In this document: positions 10,001-24,400 of the stretch, one piece after another | How the letters are laid out: each line of letters starts with the position of its first letter | Numbering within the stretch: position 1 is the stretch's first letter | DNA from: Geosiphon pyriformis uo1 | Lineage: Eukaryota > Fungi > Glomeromycota | Assembly (NCBI GenBank): GCA_016748015.1 | Contig: JAAOMT010000289.1 | Coordinates: 135,639 to 199,638, forward strand | Direction: 5' to 3' | DNA length: 64,000 nt | Notes under the pieces: model-generated | Told to the model about the DNA's origin: nothing | The model's database searches: none | Seen by the model: the letters and a program-made list of their open reading frames with translations, nothing else | Made by a program: the position numbers and the translations under genes

Positions 10001-13000
10001 TATTTGATAGCTAATAATAATTTGATTCTGAAGCCATATAAAGTCAAATTTATAATTGATACAATTATGGAAAAATAGACAAAAAGATATGTAATATTTG
10101 GTGCTCTGTTTAATAGATAGTTCAATTAATATATTTTTTTGAATTATGTTAATAATAATGCTTTCTCAAAAGTTATAAGTAATATTAAGTTTAATAAGTT
10201 TTTACAAGTTGTTAAAAATTTACTTAATAAAAAAGCTGCTGGTCTCTCTAGTATTCTTAATAAACTTTGAAAACATAATAATGTGCAAGTTTTGGGTGGT
10301 TTATTAAACATTTTTAATGTGTGCTTAGTGTTAAACACAGTTTTTACACAATAAAAAAAAGCCTAAGTTTTTATAATACTAAAACCATATAATTAGAAAT
10401 TGTATTTATTTATTAATTTTTAATAAAGATATTGTTTCATAAGAGTTTTTTTGTAATAACATTTATTATATTGCCAATATTTGTTAGAATTTTTACGAAT
10501 ACCAAGCTAATAGCCTTGATTAAAACAGCCTGAAAATTTTTATCTAAGATTTTTTCAGATAGAATTTTTTTAGCCTATAGCAATTTTGACATTTTACATA
10601 ATAATAATTTTTCAGTTTTGAAAGACATATTTATCCAAACTCCAATTTTTGTTGTTGATTCCATTATTAAGGATCTGTTAAAAAAAACAGAAAGCTATAA
10701 CTAGTTTTTTAGAACATACATAAAACATACAATTCTGTTAAGTAGTATTATTTAAAAAACAGTTTGGTTAAAATCAAGATGTATTTCTGTTTATTGAATT
10801 TTTTGAGAATATATACAATAATCAAATTAATTGAGTAATGATAAATTTTGGGTTTATAGAAAGGTATACTATTCATAATAAATTGGATTAAGATAAAGTA
10901 TTCTTATCTCTGCTGTAAAAAAATTTTTATGATCCTTTGCTCTATAAAGTTAAAAAGCATAACAGTTTATATGACTACAGATTGAATCAAAATTTTTTAT
11001 CTAAACTAACAAACAAAATTTCAGAGATAGCATAACATCTTTTTTGATAACAGAGGCTTTCATAAACAACACAATTTGAGTTGGAAATAATATAGCTATT
11101 ACTTAGCATATTTTAAACATAATTAATGAATTTTTTTAAATTAATAATATTTCAATTAATACAAATAAAATGGTTGCTATATTCATCAATTGAAAAGTGA
11201 AAGTTCTCTGTTTAGTAATAAGTGAGTCAAATATTTCAATAGCTAAGAAAAATAAATTACATAAATATGTGGGTATTTTTTTGTCTATGAACAGTTTTTT
11301 TAAATCAAGTATTATTAAGACTTACTTGAATGTTAAGTTTTTTACAAATCTGGTTTTAAAAAAGACTGTGTTTAATAAGCAGTTTTTGTATTTGGTGTTT
11401 GCTGTTTTGCAACCAATAGTTGGCTACAAATTACAATTTAGTTATGTTTTAATAAGTATATGCAAAAAGTAAAGACAGATTGTTAAAAAAAAAACTCAAA
11501 CTCAAAACCAATTTACTTAAAAACTTCCTTAATAAAACTATTGTCTATTCTGAATTGTATGGTCTAAAATCATTTAAATAATTGTAAGCTGAAAATTTTT
11601 TGGCAAATTTAGTAGTTTTTGTTAACTTAAAAAACATTTTTGGCAGATTGTTTAAACACAAAGCTATAGATCTGTAGACCATTAGTTAAATGTTCTAGCA
11701 ATCTTTTTGCTTTTTGGTTATACTATTAATTAATCTTATAAACTGTTTTCTAGTTAGTGTGATCAACACTTTTGTATTGTGTGAATTATTTTTGTGCAAT
11801 AATTTGTCTAATGTGTTCTGAATTGGTAATAGCACTGCTATTATAGATGTTTTGGGCTTAGAACAGTATTTAAATATAATAAGTTTACTAAAGAAGTTTG
11901 GTATTGTTTTTACAAACCAGCTTCTAAATTATCATAATATATGTTTTATATAAAATATATTTTACAAATAAAAAAAACTAAATCTCAAAAGTCCAGTTTC
12001 TAATTAGTTTAGTTTACTGGTCAAGTTTATTGAAAGTAGTGATTTAAATAATAATAATGCTCTGGCTTTTTATTTTATTTCTGTTTAATGCTTGAACAAA
12101 TTTGGTTCTGTTTGCAAACATTTTTTAAAAGTAGATCTAATAATGTAGTTGTTTATACAAATGGTTTAGTCAAAAATTTGGAGTCTGTAAATGCTCATAG
12201 TGGTGCTGCTGTCTACTTTTTGAACATTAATATAAATGTAAAAATTAAGATGAATGGCTTACTTTTTTTAATTTTGGTAGAACTACAAGTCATTATTTTT
12301 GTTTTGAAATGTGTTTTAGTGTTTAGCTCAGTTGTATTATTTATAGATAATTAAGTATTATTAAATATGAGTGTCTCAATTAAAAAAAAATATTAGTTCC
12401 AATTTTTGCAATAAATACTAAATAAAAAAAAAACATATTTGTTATATTATTATGTCTAAAAATCTGGCAATTAATTAGAACAAAGTTAAAGATTATTTTG
12501 AAGTTGTTGGCAATAAACATGTTAATTTTTTTGCTAATACTGCCATTATGTCTAATTTTACATTATTTGTTAGAATGTTTTGCTACTTTTTTATTGTTAA
12601 AAACATATCTGTTTTTAAGAATGTTTGCTATTTTATTAAGTGTCTTTTTAAAGCAGTTAGTTTTGTTGATTGAGATTTTAAATATGCTAACAATACTGTA
12701 AACAAGTTTTTGTGTAGTTTGATTGATATATATGAAATCTTTGATGTATGGTATCTTAATGATCAAGTTCATTTAGATTTTACCAGCTTAGTCTTTATAA
12801 TGCTTTGATTTTACTTTATAAAAGCTCTATACTACTGGTTGTTTATAGCCAAGAAAAAAAGATTATATAATTCAAGTTATCTCAGTATATTATGTGTTTG
12901 ATGTAAATTAATTAAAAACTTTTGATTATATATTTTTTTGCATTAATAATAACTGTATTAAGTTGAATTTGATTTTAAAAACTATTGAAATATAGACTGG

Positions 13001-13560
13001 TTTGTTAAGTATTTGTGTTATTAACAGTATAATAATTCAGTTTTTGTATAAAACTGAATCTTTTAATTATTTATATATATTATTAGCCAAAGACTTTATA
13101 ATAAAAAAGTAGATAACAGACATAATATGTTTATTAGATGGTAGATCTAATAATATATTGTTGGTTATTAATTTGGTTTAGAGTTTTATTAAAAGTCACA
13201 GATCTATCATATGGTTTCTAACTGCCAAATTAAGAGTGTATTATGAAAAATATAATTTTTTGTTATGTAAATTCAGTTGTATCTGGCTTGGTATCTGTAT
13301 GATTTCTTAAAATAATTCATGATTTTGGTTTTAAATTAAGTGTTTATGTTTGTTTTGGTTTATATTCTTATTTATTCAGTATATGTTTTGGTTTTTTGTA
13401 TGACTTCCTTATTATAAGTAGTTTAAATACATAATATTATCTTAATTGGTCCAAGTAATTAATTATATATAGAAAGAGCATAAGCCATATTTAATATAAG
13501 ATCTTATATAATTTTATGATTTTAAATAATGATTGAACTGCACTCATAAAACAATTAATA
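7040..13560 (+). mobile_element. Near full-length decayed LINE: ORF1, then ORF2 with APE endonuclease, RT, RNase H and Cys motif
   Basis: ORF2 start near 8700 (CNICGINVLAKQENIIYWH). RT motifs KAAGLSSILNKL, HKYVGIFLS. RNH VYTNGLVKNLES...GAAVYF (ORF 12088). Conserved 3' UTR tip near 13530-13560. Confidence 0.88.
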
Positions 13561-14424
13561 AAAAAATAATAATACTAATTTTAATATAAATAAAAATAAA
13601 TTTACTATTATTATTAAATATATTAAAAATTTATTTTAAGTATTTTTTTTATTAAATTATTATAATAAAGTATTTTTATTTTTTTATTATTAGTTTTAAT
13701 TATTTTATTTTTATTAATATTATAAAGCTTATTTTTAAATTTAATTTGTTTTTTTAAAAAATATTAATATTATTAAAAATTTTTATATTTTTCTTAATAT
13801 TAAATTTTAGCTTAAATTTTATTACTATCTTATAAATATTATAAAAATAAAACTTTTTACAATTTTGTTTTTGGTTATATTTTTTTACTAAAACAGCCAG
13901 TTTTTTTGATTTTTTAAAATTATTAAAAATTCTAAATAAATATATAAAATTTAATAATTAAATCTAATTTTAAATAATTTTAATTGGCTTAAATAATTAA
14001 TTATATATTGTTTTTAACACAATTATATTTAATACATAATAATTAAATCATATAAAAATAGTTAATAATTAAACTACATTGGTTTTAACATAATAAAAAA
14101 AATAATTTTTTATTAAAATAATGTATAATACAATTATATACTTATTTATTAATAATATATTTATTATGTTTATTGTTTAATTTTTTTTAAATATACAAAT
14201 ATACAAAAGTTACAATTTTTGAATTTTTAAAATTATGCCTAACAAAATTCAAAAGTTTTTAATTCTGAAAATACAATCAATATTCCAGTAGTCTGGATTA
14301 AAATTAAATCATGATCTTGTATTTTTTAAGATTCACGTGACCATGTCTCCAGATATAGAATTTTAAGCTCTACAAATGTTCTTTCGAATGAATTTAACGA
14401 ATTGGTTATCGACTGGATTATAAT

Positions 14425-17166
14425 TTAATATACAGTGTGTCTTTCACCACCACCTTTCAAATCTGCTGACGAACCAAATTTTGCTCGTTCTTTTAAGTTT
14501 TTTGCCCTGTCTTCAATAATTCCAATTTCACCTGTTTTGATTGTATCGAATGGGATTCCTTTGTTTTGCTCAATTTCGAATAGGCCCAATTCTTCATTTC
14601 GTTTGATATCTACTAAATTTTTTGCACCATCCAAGTTTCCAGTTGCAACCAGGGGAGTATTTTGAGGTTGGAGTCTTTCCAACTCTAAGTGCACATTTGA
14701 ACTGGCTACTTCTTTCTCAGATATTATGGGAATTTCCATCCTCGTTTCTTTGCATCCATAAGCGGAGGGAATAATTTCAATCAAATAATTTCTGGGAATG
14801 GCAATTTGAGGTATTTCCTAGTAAAATCCAAAGGAGGTTAATAGCCGTTTTAGATTGTAAATGATTTCAAAGTAAGAGATAATATTCAATAAAGTTTTAC
14901 ACACGTTTTCAGGACGATCAAATAGATATGCATACAGACATCTTAAAACCGTTTCATGTGCAATTATGAGGACATCATTTTTCTCACCCTCAAGCTCAAG
15001 AATCAAAGCTTCAAGTCGAACAGCCAGATCATGATAGGACTTGAAATAAAAACGAAAATTTAAAAAAATATTTTTTGTCATGTCTCTCACCAGGGATTTT
15101 TGAGGCAATTAAATCAGATTACCTCAGCACGAGGGTAGCGATGATGATATGGATTTTGTTGTTGGCGGAGGTATTCCTTGGGAAACTTTTTCTAATGTCA
15201 AATTTATTAATGATAAGTTAATTAATGGATCAAATTATATATAAAAAGATGGAATAAACAACCTTAATTTCCTCTTCAGTCAAACCGTCGACTTCACCAA
15301 CACTGATCTCTCTCATTTTGGTATTCTGGTTCACAATATATCCAGCATCCGCAAACGGTTGTGCCGTTTGCAAACATTGCTGACGGGTCGAGGACCAGAC
15401 CTTGAAGGGGGTAAGATGAGAAAGTGGTCAAGTTCAACTGAAAATAAGCTTTGACACAAAAGAATTGTCTTTTAAATATCGATTGGCGTACCGTTAACTG
15501 TCTCATATCATCATCCTCTCCCCAGCCCTGTTCTTTTCTTTCTCTTTTTTCACGTTCCCTAAGGGCCATGACAAAATTCTTCAAATTTTCCGCATATTGA
15601 CGCCCGACAGGGGTTAATCCGGCATCGGCTTTTTGGGAGGTCTCATTAAGGCATTCTCCAGACTAACCAAAAATTTTTACCTTAGATTAAAATGTAGCCA
15701 GAGACCAGTCTCCCATTTCTCATATTACTCATAATTTTCACTTACCCGTGCAAAATAAATAATCCTAGGACAAATATGTAGATTTATCAGATAATATACA
15801 ATGCGTGACTAAAAAACCGAGAATTTAGTACAACACACCTGATTTGAAAAATTTTAAGAGTCGAACTGAAATACCTGAAGATATCCCTTTACGTTGTTTA
15901 CGATAATTTGTTCGTCTACATTAATTAATTTTACAAAATGCAATGTCATATCATTGATGGTCTCATAATGGTGTATGTGATTATTGATGCGTTTCTGGAT
16001 AAGAAAAAGTAACTTCTTAAGACATTCATTATAATTTGAATAATCGAATGAGTCTTTGTCCTTACCCAATAATCTTGAACTGCTTCTTCAGGATCCCAAC
16101 CTACATACTGAAAGCGAATCAAGATCAGACAATTCAATTTAGCCACCTCTATATATCAAGAATGATCGATGCTTACATCTGGAGAAAGTATTTTGACACT
16201 TCGAATATTACTTTCTATAATCTCAGGTTTATCGCAAATAGATTCTTAGAAAAATGAATAATGTTAGATAACTTCGGACTTGATAACACCAAAATATTAG
16301 CTTTTACACCCGAAAAAATGTATATCTAACATACCTATGAACACTGGCTACGTAAATCCGTAAATCAAAATATAATTAAACTCTCTTGGAATAGATCATT
16401 AGCAAGAATCAAACCATTTTAGTTATTAATAACTTACATGAACATCCTCTTTAATAAGTCTATCATGAATCTCTCTTCTTCTCACCTCAGTGGTATTACT
16501 GGCATCATATATTCCAACCTGACCGCCAGATTGGAACCAGTAAATCATATCCTGTAAACAGACATTGGCAATCTGATGTCGCTGTTCCGCTGTAGTAGCG
16601 TTGGCTGGATAAAAGAAAATCAAAAAATTCGATCGTTATAGGAATAATGATACACAAAATTTTTCTTTTATCACAGATATCTACGGTAATTTTTGATCCA
16701 AATTCTTCTCATCGTAGTAAGCATAATTCGAAACATTGTGATGGGTAAAATGATTCATCATTATTTAACATCCAACTGATTTTCGTTCTTTTTTCCAAAA
16801 GACTCAATGATTCTTGCATTTCTAAGATGATAATGATAATAATTACACAAGAACTAACCAGGACTAAAGAAATCACGAGGAAGATTCGCGGCTGTACCCA
16901 CAACGTGTCTTCGATAATTTCCAACGCTAAAAACCTTGGTTTGCACACCCAACCAACGTAAATAGCGACACAAGGAGCGGGCAACATGTGTTTTGCCTCT
17001 CGCAGGAAGACTACATAAAGGGAACCAAGTCAAATCTCAAGAAAGTTTATTTTTTAGGCTCGCATCCTTATATCAACTGAAAAAAAACCTACCCGACAGT
17101 AATAATAGCGATGGTTCCCGCGTGGAACATGCGACCGGAGTCAGTTTTATAGAGTGAGGCGGCCAT
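14425..17166 (-). CDS. 6-phosphofructo-2-kinase/fructose-2,6-bisphosphatase family protein, YLR345W-like, about 13 exons
   Basis: Spliced read MAASLYKTDSGRMFHAGTIAIITVGLPARGKT (Walker A), VGNYRR, VGIYDASNTT, ESICDKPEIIESNI, LHICPRIIYFAR/SGE, HRYPRAESYHDL, LIIAHETVLRCLYAY, SAYGCKETR. GT-AG introns. Confidence 0.95.
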
Positions 17167-18487
17167 TTTTTCTCAGTTTGTTGATAGTAATGCGCGACAA
17201 GAGGTAGGATTTTGTGGGTTAATATACAACAAAAAATTCCCTTATCAGATCCAATTTAATTTTGATTATGTGATTCAAAGCAGATTGTGCAGACATCCAA
17301 TTAGCCTTAATCCTGACTCACACGTTTAGTCAGAACATAACAAAGCACAGCTTCGATTTTTATTTAGATTCTGATCTGTCTTTTATGGGTACCATTTATC
17401 TCTTACAATGATAATTAATGAAAAGATTGGTTTAATCGAAGATTCCAAACTTATTAGATTAACAAAATAGAATCTTTTAGTTCTGTAAGAAAGGCAATCA
17501 TTGGAGCATGGATTTTTTCCATATCTAGCCCCTCTCAATATCTGTAATTTCCCGTGGGTCACGTGAAAATTCGTGGAAGGTTGTATTGCATCGTTGGAGA
17601 AATATTTTCTGCTATTACTTTGAAAAAACAGTGCCTCTATTTGGTAAAGTCTTGGCAAACAGGAATTTTAAATGGACGTTTGTTCATAGTTCAAACATGT
17701 CAAGCTTCATTGATGCAGCACACTATTGCTCCGATATTAAGATAGAAGGTCGTGATACTCAATTAGCAGAGTTCCAGCTGGAAAGTACGTAATGGATTCC
17801 TTGTAAAATATTACCATCTTCAATTTTTCACTCTCGTTGGAACGCTTGCGAGCGGAGAGTACCCTGGGCGTCGTGACATCTATTAGCTTATCGCTGCCTG
17901 AAGTAGTTACTGGTTTTTTTTTGTTAAAACAGCCAATGTGTATAAATTTATGACCACAATTAATGCAAAAAGCAATTAAGAAAAGATTGTAAAAGCATTT
18001 TTCTTTAGCTAAAAGTTTTTTCAATCAAAGTTTTTATAAAGTAATACATTAGGAATATTCTTAGTTTAGTTACTATTAACGTAGTTAAATTACTGTTTTT
18101 TTTAATTATTTTTATTATTATTATTCAAATACTCAAAAAAACTAAAACATCTTAATATTACTGCAATAAACTTTTTTAAAATACCAAAGAATAACATTTT
18201 TTTTAAAAAAATAAGATCTTGCTTTATTATTATTATTATTATTAATGTGCAAAACCTAATTATTATCTATAAACAAATATTAAACTAAACTATATTGAAT
18301 TTAATAAAAAAATCCATTCTAAAAAGATATTTTGTGCATATAAATAATTAACATGCTATTATTTTTAAACATATTACTTATTTATTTAGCAGTTTTATTT
18401 GTATTTAACTTAATATTAAATATCTAAAATTCTTAAAAAGTTATTATTTAAACTAATATGTTTTTATTAATAATATAATTTAAGCTA

Positions 18488-21400
18488 TGTTACTCGAGTA
18501 GAAAAACCAATCTGAAAAATATTGAAAAAAACGTAATTAAAAATGTGATAACTTAGAAAACGTAATAACACGAAATAATACAGAATAACACATTATAACT
18601 CAAAATAATGTGAAATAATACACAATAACGTAAAATAACTAGCCATAACATAAAATAACTAGTTATAGTGTAAAAGAATAAAGCAACAACAGAAATAACA
18701 AGCAATAGCTAATGATAACAAGTAATCAAAAGCAATTTTGTAAAACTAGAAAATATGTATAAAAATAAATAATTTTAATAGAAAAAAACAGACAGATAGA
18801 GAAAAACAGACAAATAGAAAATATATTCTTTTATTCATATCTGTTAGATCTATCTTACTTATATATCTATATTATTTTAAATAAAAAAAATATCCAAAAC
18901 CCAAAACTTACTTATACATAATCCATGAATTTCATGTTTAAACTAAATTAATCATTTTCTTATCTTTATTTCTGGCCAGATGTTCTTAGCATAAAACATC
19001 TTAAACAATAACAACTTAGACCAATTGCTCTTAATCATGACAATTAACAATACTAATTTCTTTTATTTCTATTTTTCTTTTTTTTTCTTTTTTTTTTTCT
19101 CTTGTAGAACAGCAACATTGTAAAATTGACTGTCTGAAAATAGACTTTATGATAGCCTAGTAAAAAAAAGCTTCTCCTAAGATTGAATATTAATATTATT
19201 TTATTAGCTTATCAAAAAAGCAAAAAGACACCACTAAACTCTAGTAATTGTGTTCAACTAGTTCAGAGAAGATAACTCATATACTTAAGTTGTAAACAGC
19301 CAAACATTTTTTTGTGTCTTATAACCAAAAAACTCCATAGGTAAAACTAACAAAAAAAACTTTCAGAAGACTAATATTAATAACTCACTTCAAATATCCA
19401 GAATTGAAACCTTTAAGCTTTTTTTATCCAAATTTAAAGCACCAAATATTATTATAATATTTTACCAACTTTACCTGTAATATTTGGTGCTCTTTATAAA
19501 ATTATAAAATTTACAAAAACAAAACACTTCAAAAATTCACAAAAATAACAAATATTGGAACTATAAAAAAAAATTATTCACTATATAAAAGAGTATTATT
19601 TTAATACTTTAGGAAAAATTTAGGAATATTACTAGAAACTATTACTGTAAAAAGTGATTTTTGTTACTACATATATGCCAAGATTGACTATTTACTAAAC
19701 TAAACAACAAACACAAAAAAACTTGAAGAACAAATTCATTAAAAATTACTAATATACTTAATTTTAATTACTATATAAAATTTTTTTAATAATTAATTAG
19801 GAAATTCAGAAATACATTAACAAATAGTACTTTCAAATAAAAAAACAATTATCAAGACTTGACTTTAAATAATCCAAATCTGAAGACAAAAGTACATTAA
19901 CCACATAAAAAAGTATTCAATTTACAATCAATAAAAAATTAAGACTTCTCTTATTAACAATTTTTTTATATTATTAAACTCCAAAAAAAAATTTTACTTA
20001 ATCAATTCACTAAAACACAATCAAAAACTTCTAAAATTTTGTATTTTTAAGACTATAAATAAAATTTCTGAACCAAATTCTTGAAAGAATACAGATTATT
20101 GTTTAGAAATTTTATTTTAGCAGTTAATAAACTCAACAAAAACATTTTTTCTTGGACATAATTATTAATATTATTTTTCAATGAATCAATTACTACACTT
20201 TTAGATAAAACAGCTATTCTATAATCTATTGGTCATACTAACAAAAAAAACCAATCAGTCTTAAATGCAACAAAGTAACCAAACCTATCTTTATTAATAT
20301 CTTTTTTGTCAACAATTAAACCAATCTTTATTATTTAGATTATGGCTTACAAAGATATTACCAAATTAGAAAAATTTTCTGGTAAAGAAAAAAATACATA
20401 TACTTGAATTGCAAAAACCGAAAAAGCAAACAAAGCCAATAATTAAAATAAAACTAGAACAATCCAAGTTCTATTATTTTTCTTGACAAAAACTACAAAT
20501 TTATAATATTAAAGTCTCAAAAAAAAACCAATCAACTTTGTTGCTTTCAAACTTGTTTTTTTACAATATTTTTATAATTTTAATATATTTATTAGATTAC
20601 AAAATCAGTTTAGTATGATAAAACAAAAAGATTATAAAACAGTAACCACTTATTTTGAACAATTTAATCAAATTCTTTACCAAATTTAAGCAATTAAAAG
20701 AAATTACTATATTTTGAACAAATTTTCAACCAATTTATCAAAGAATTGAGAAGTAGTATCTTATAATCTATAAGACTATACTATCTAAATAATCTATAAA
20801 AACCCATAATATTTGTTTATAACTTTGAATCAGTAAAGCAAAAAGTTAATTATACTCATGCTGTCAACTTAATTATAAATAGAATCTTAAATATCAATAC
20901 CAAACTTACCTAATTAAGTGAAAAATTGACTCAAAAAATTAAGAAATTTTTAGCAAAAAACTCTGAAATATATTAATTGTCACAATATAGAAATAACTCT
21001 AATAACTATTAACAACAGTAGAATTGATAACAACAATAATAACAACAACTTTAAAGATCAAATTTCTATAATTGTTACTATTGCCAGAAATTTGGACACA
21101 TTGTAAAAAATTGCAAAAAAAACTAGCCAATCAAAGCTGAAAAAGTCAATATTAATCTCAACCAAAATATTTTCAAGTTATAAAATTCTAATATTTTTTG
21201 CTGTAATGCTTTCAACTATAATATTCATCTTAATTATTTTCAACTTATTATCAGTTTTCACAAACAATAACAAAAATAATACTTCAATACCAGACTCTAA
21301 TATATAACAACTCCAGATTTTAAGCCATTAATTATATTTAGAAATAGCAAAACAATAATAAACATCAGACACAACTCAATAATAAACTACTCTATTCAGT

Positions 21401-24400
21401 AAATTATAGTAACATAATACTTTGAACAACACAAATTAGATATTCAAACCAAGTTTTATATCTTGGTTTTACAAAAACTCTGAATTTTTGTAATATTATA
21501 TTTTTAGAAAAAAAAAATGTAGTTAAAATCACCAATCTTTTTTTTTTTACTTTAATTAAACTGCCAATATAATTTTTCTTACTACTATCACTGAAGACAA
21601 TATACTAGCTACCATATTTCTATTTAATATTAATAATCTAAACATGACTGATTTTTTTAGTAGAACTGTTATTAATTAGAATAAACCAATTATAACAATA
21701 TATACTAATACCAAAGTAGGACAAATGAACATTAAATTAATACTTAAAAGTAGATTTACAGACAATATAATCACAAAACAACTTATGAATTAATTAAGTC
21801 ATTAAGTAGATTGTACAGTCACAATTAAAATAATTACTACAGATAGAAATACCAAAACATTAATAGAAAAAATCAACAATTTTTTCTTTAAAATCAATAG
21901 TATTCAAATTTCAATAAAAGTACTTGTTATAGAAACCACTTAATACCAAGTTTTAATTAGAAACAATTGGTTATCTAAAGCTTATATCACACTAAACTAT
22001 AATACACAAAAACTTCAAATCATCTTTAATAGACAATATGCTAAAGTACTTGTTATATGTGAATATTTTAAAATATTGGCCTAGAACAACTTTTAATTAA
22101 ATTTAAAGAACCTACTTTCTAACCAATTTTGGAAACTTATCAAGTTTCTTAAGCTGATAATTTTTAAATAAAGCTATTACCACTTTCCATATAAAAAAAA
22201 AAAGTAAAAAAAGAATTAATAAAGAATCTCAGAAATTATTATTAATTTACCTAACTTAGAATTAACAAAATTAATCCTATTAACATTCAAAATTAATCTG
22301 TATTGATTGTAAAAAAAATTATCTTTAATAAGCACTTGTATTAGAGATAATAAATTATAGTTTACTGTTATCAAATACTATTGCTAATTTTGTATATTAA
22401 AATAATTTAGATAACCAAAATTACAAGGCAAATAGAACAATATGCTATGTCTTATATATAGCAAAATCTTATTAAATAAAGAATTATAAAATAATGTTTC
22501 TGGCAAAAAAAAAACATGTGACAAATCCTATTAGTATACTAATTTAATTAATAACTAGGTCCAAAAAAAAATTTTATTTGCACAGTCTATAATCAAGTAA
22601 TAAACTAACTAGATTCATATTTCCACAATGAAAAAAAATTTAAAACATAATTACAACAAAATAAGAAAGTGTTATAATTAAGAAAATACATACCATAAAA
22701 AATGTTTTAATAACTATTAAAAAAATAGATAAGCTATTTATAAATAATCCCAAGGCATTTCAAGACTAATATTAAGAATTTGCTCTAATTTGAGAAGAAC
22801 AAAAACAGAAACTAACAGACTTAATATGAAACTATGTGATTATTACTTAATTTCTTGCTATTTTTAGTATTGTAATAAGTGTAATTTCTTGTTTAATCTA
22901 CTCTTAAGAACACTATATCTTATTCCTAAACTACCAAAACATAAAAAAAAATACAAGTTTACAGTTAAAAACATGTTGTTTTAAGAGCCAAGTAAGACTA
23001 CTAAAATAAAACAGTATCTTATCTATTTTGATCTTTTTAAAGAATTGGAATTAAAGTAATAGAATAACAATAAAAAAATATGCTCTAAAAAAGCACATAA
23101 AAATAATGCTGAATTCGATTTAAAATACTTTAGACAATTCTCTATAGTTATAACATTCTATTTTCTTGTATAAATAAATTTCAAAATAGCTTTAGAAATT
23201 TTTATTAGCACTATAATCCAAGTTATATTCTAATTTAGTCTTATAAAAAAAAATTATTGTAAAAAGAGGAATTATTAATGCAAGATATACAGAAAACATT
23301 ATTATAATATTACAAAACAATTCCAATAAATTTTACATGATTGAATTACAAAAAAAAATTGCTTAAGCTATCTTTCTGCCTCTTGTAAAAATACCACAAT
23401 TAATTTTAGTCACCACATATAAAAAATTAGGCCTTATTACTTAAGGAATTAAAGGATTTAGATTAAATAGAAGAGAAAATGTACTAATTAATTTCATAAA
23501 AAATAACAGTAACAAAATAAAATTCATCTATACTAACATAGTCATCTTTATTTCTCTGTATTGATAGTATATTTTAAAAGTAAATTGAAAAATTTAGGAT
23601 TAAGTCTTTTTATTCAAAGCTGACCCAAAAATCTGTTTTTTAGCTGATGTTATTAACTTATATATATCAGTTAAAGTCCACAAATACTTTAAAATCTCTA
23701 TTCACAATCTCATAAAAGAAGTTATCAAAATTTTCAAAAAGATTCTTATTAACTTTATTTCCTTAAACATTCAGAATTCTAAGAGACTCCAGCTTATTTT
23801 AGACTTCATAAAATTGTTTTATTTTGTGATATTATCTTACAAGTATAAAATTTGTTAAAAAAAAGCTATCTGTTTATACCAAAAGAAATTACCAAATTAA
23901 ACTTGGAAAGTTTAAGTATATTATAACAGATGTAACTTAAAGTTTTTTTGAACCAATACACTAATATTTTTGCCAGCAAAAACAAATTCAGATACATAAA
24001 TATTGTAATACACCAGATTAACACAAGAAATATCAAACTTATCAAACAATAAGCCTATTAAGTAATTCCAGTAGATAACAATCTAATTAAACAGAAGATA
24101 CAAAAATACTAAACAATAGACTAATCAAAAAATTATTAAGTCTTTGGTTTTTTTTAGTAGTATTAGTTACCAAAAAAAAACAGAAAAATATAGTTCTGTA
24201 TAGAATATTGAAATCTTAATAGTTTTATTTAAGGAGATAGCTATCCAACTTCTTTTATTTAGAAAATTTTAAATAACTTAGGAAATAAGAAATGGTTTTT
24301 TTCTTTAGACTTAATCAGTAAATATTGATAAGTTAAAATAGATTTCAAGGACAAAAAAAAAACAGCATTTATCACATAAAACAGAAACTTCAAATTCAAT

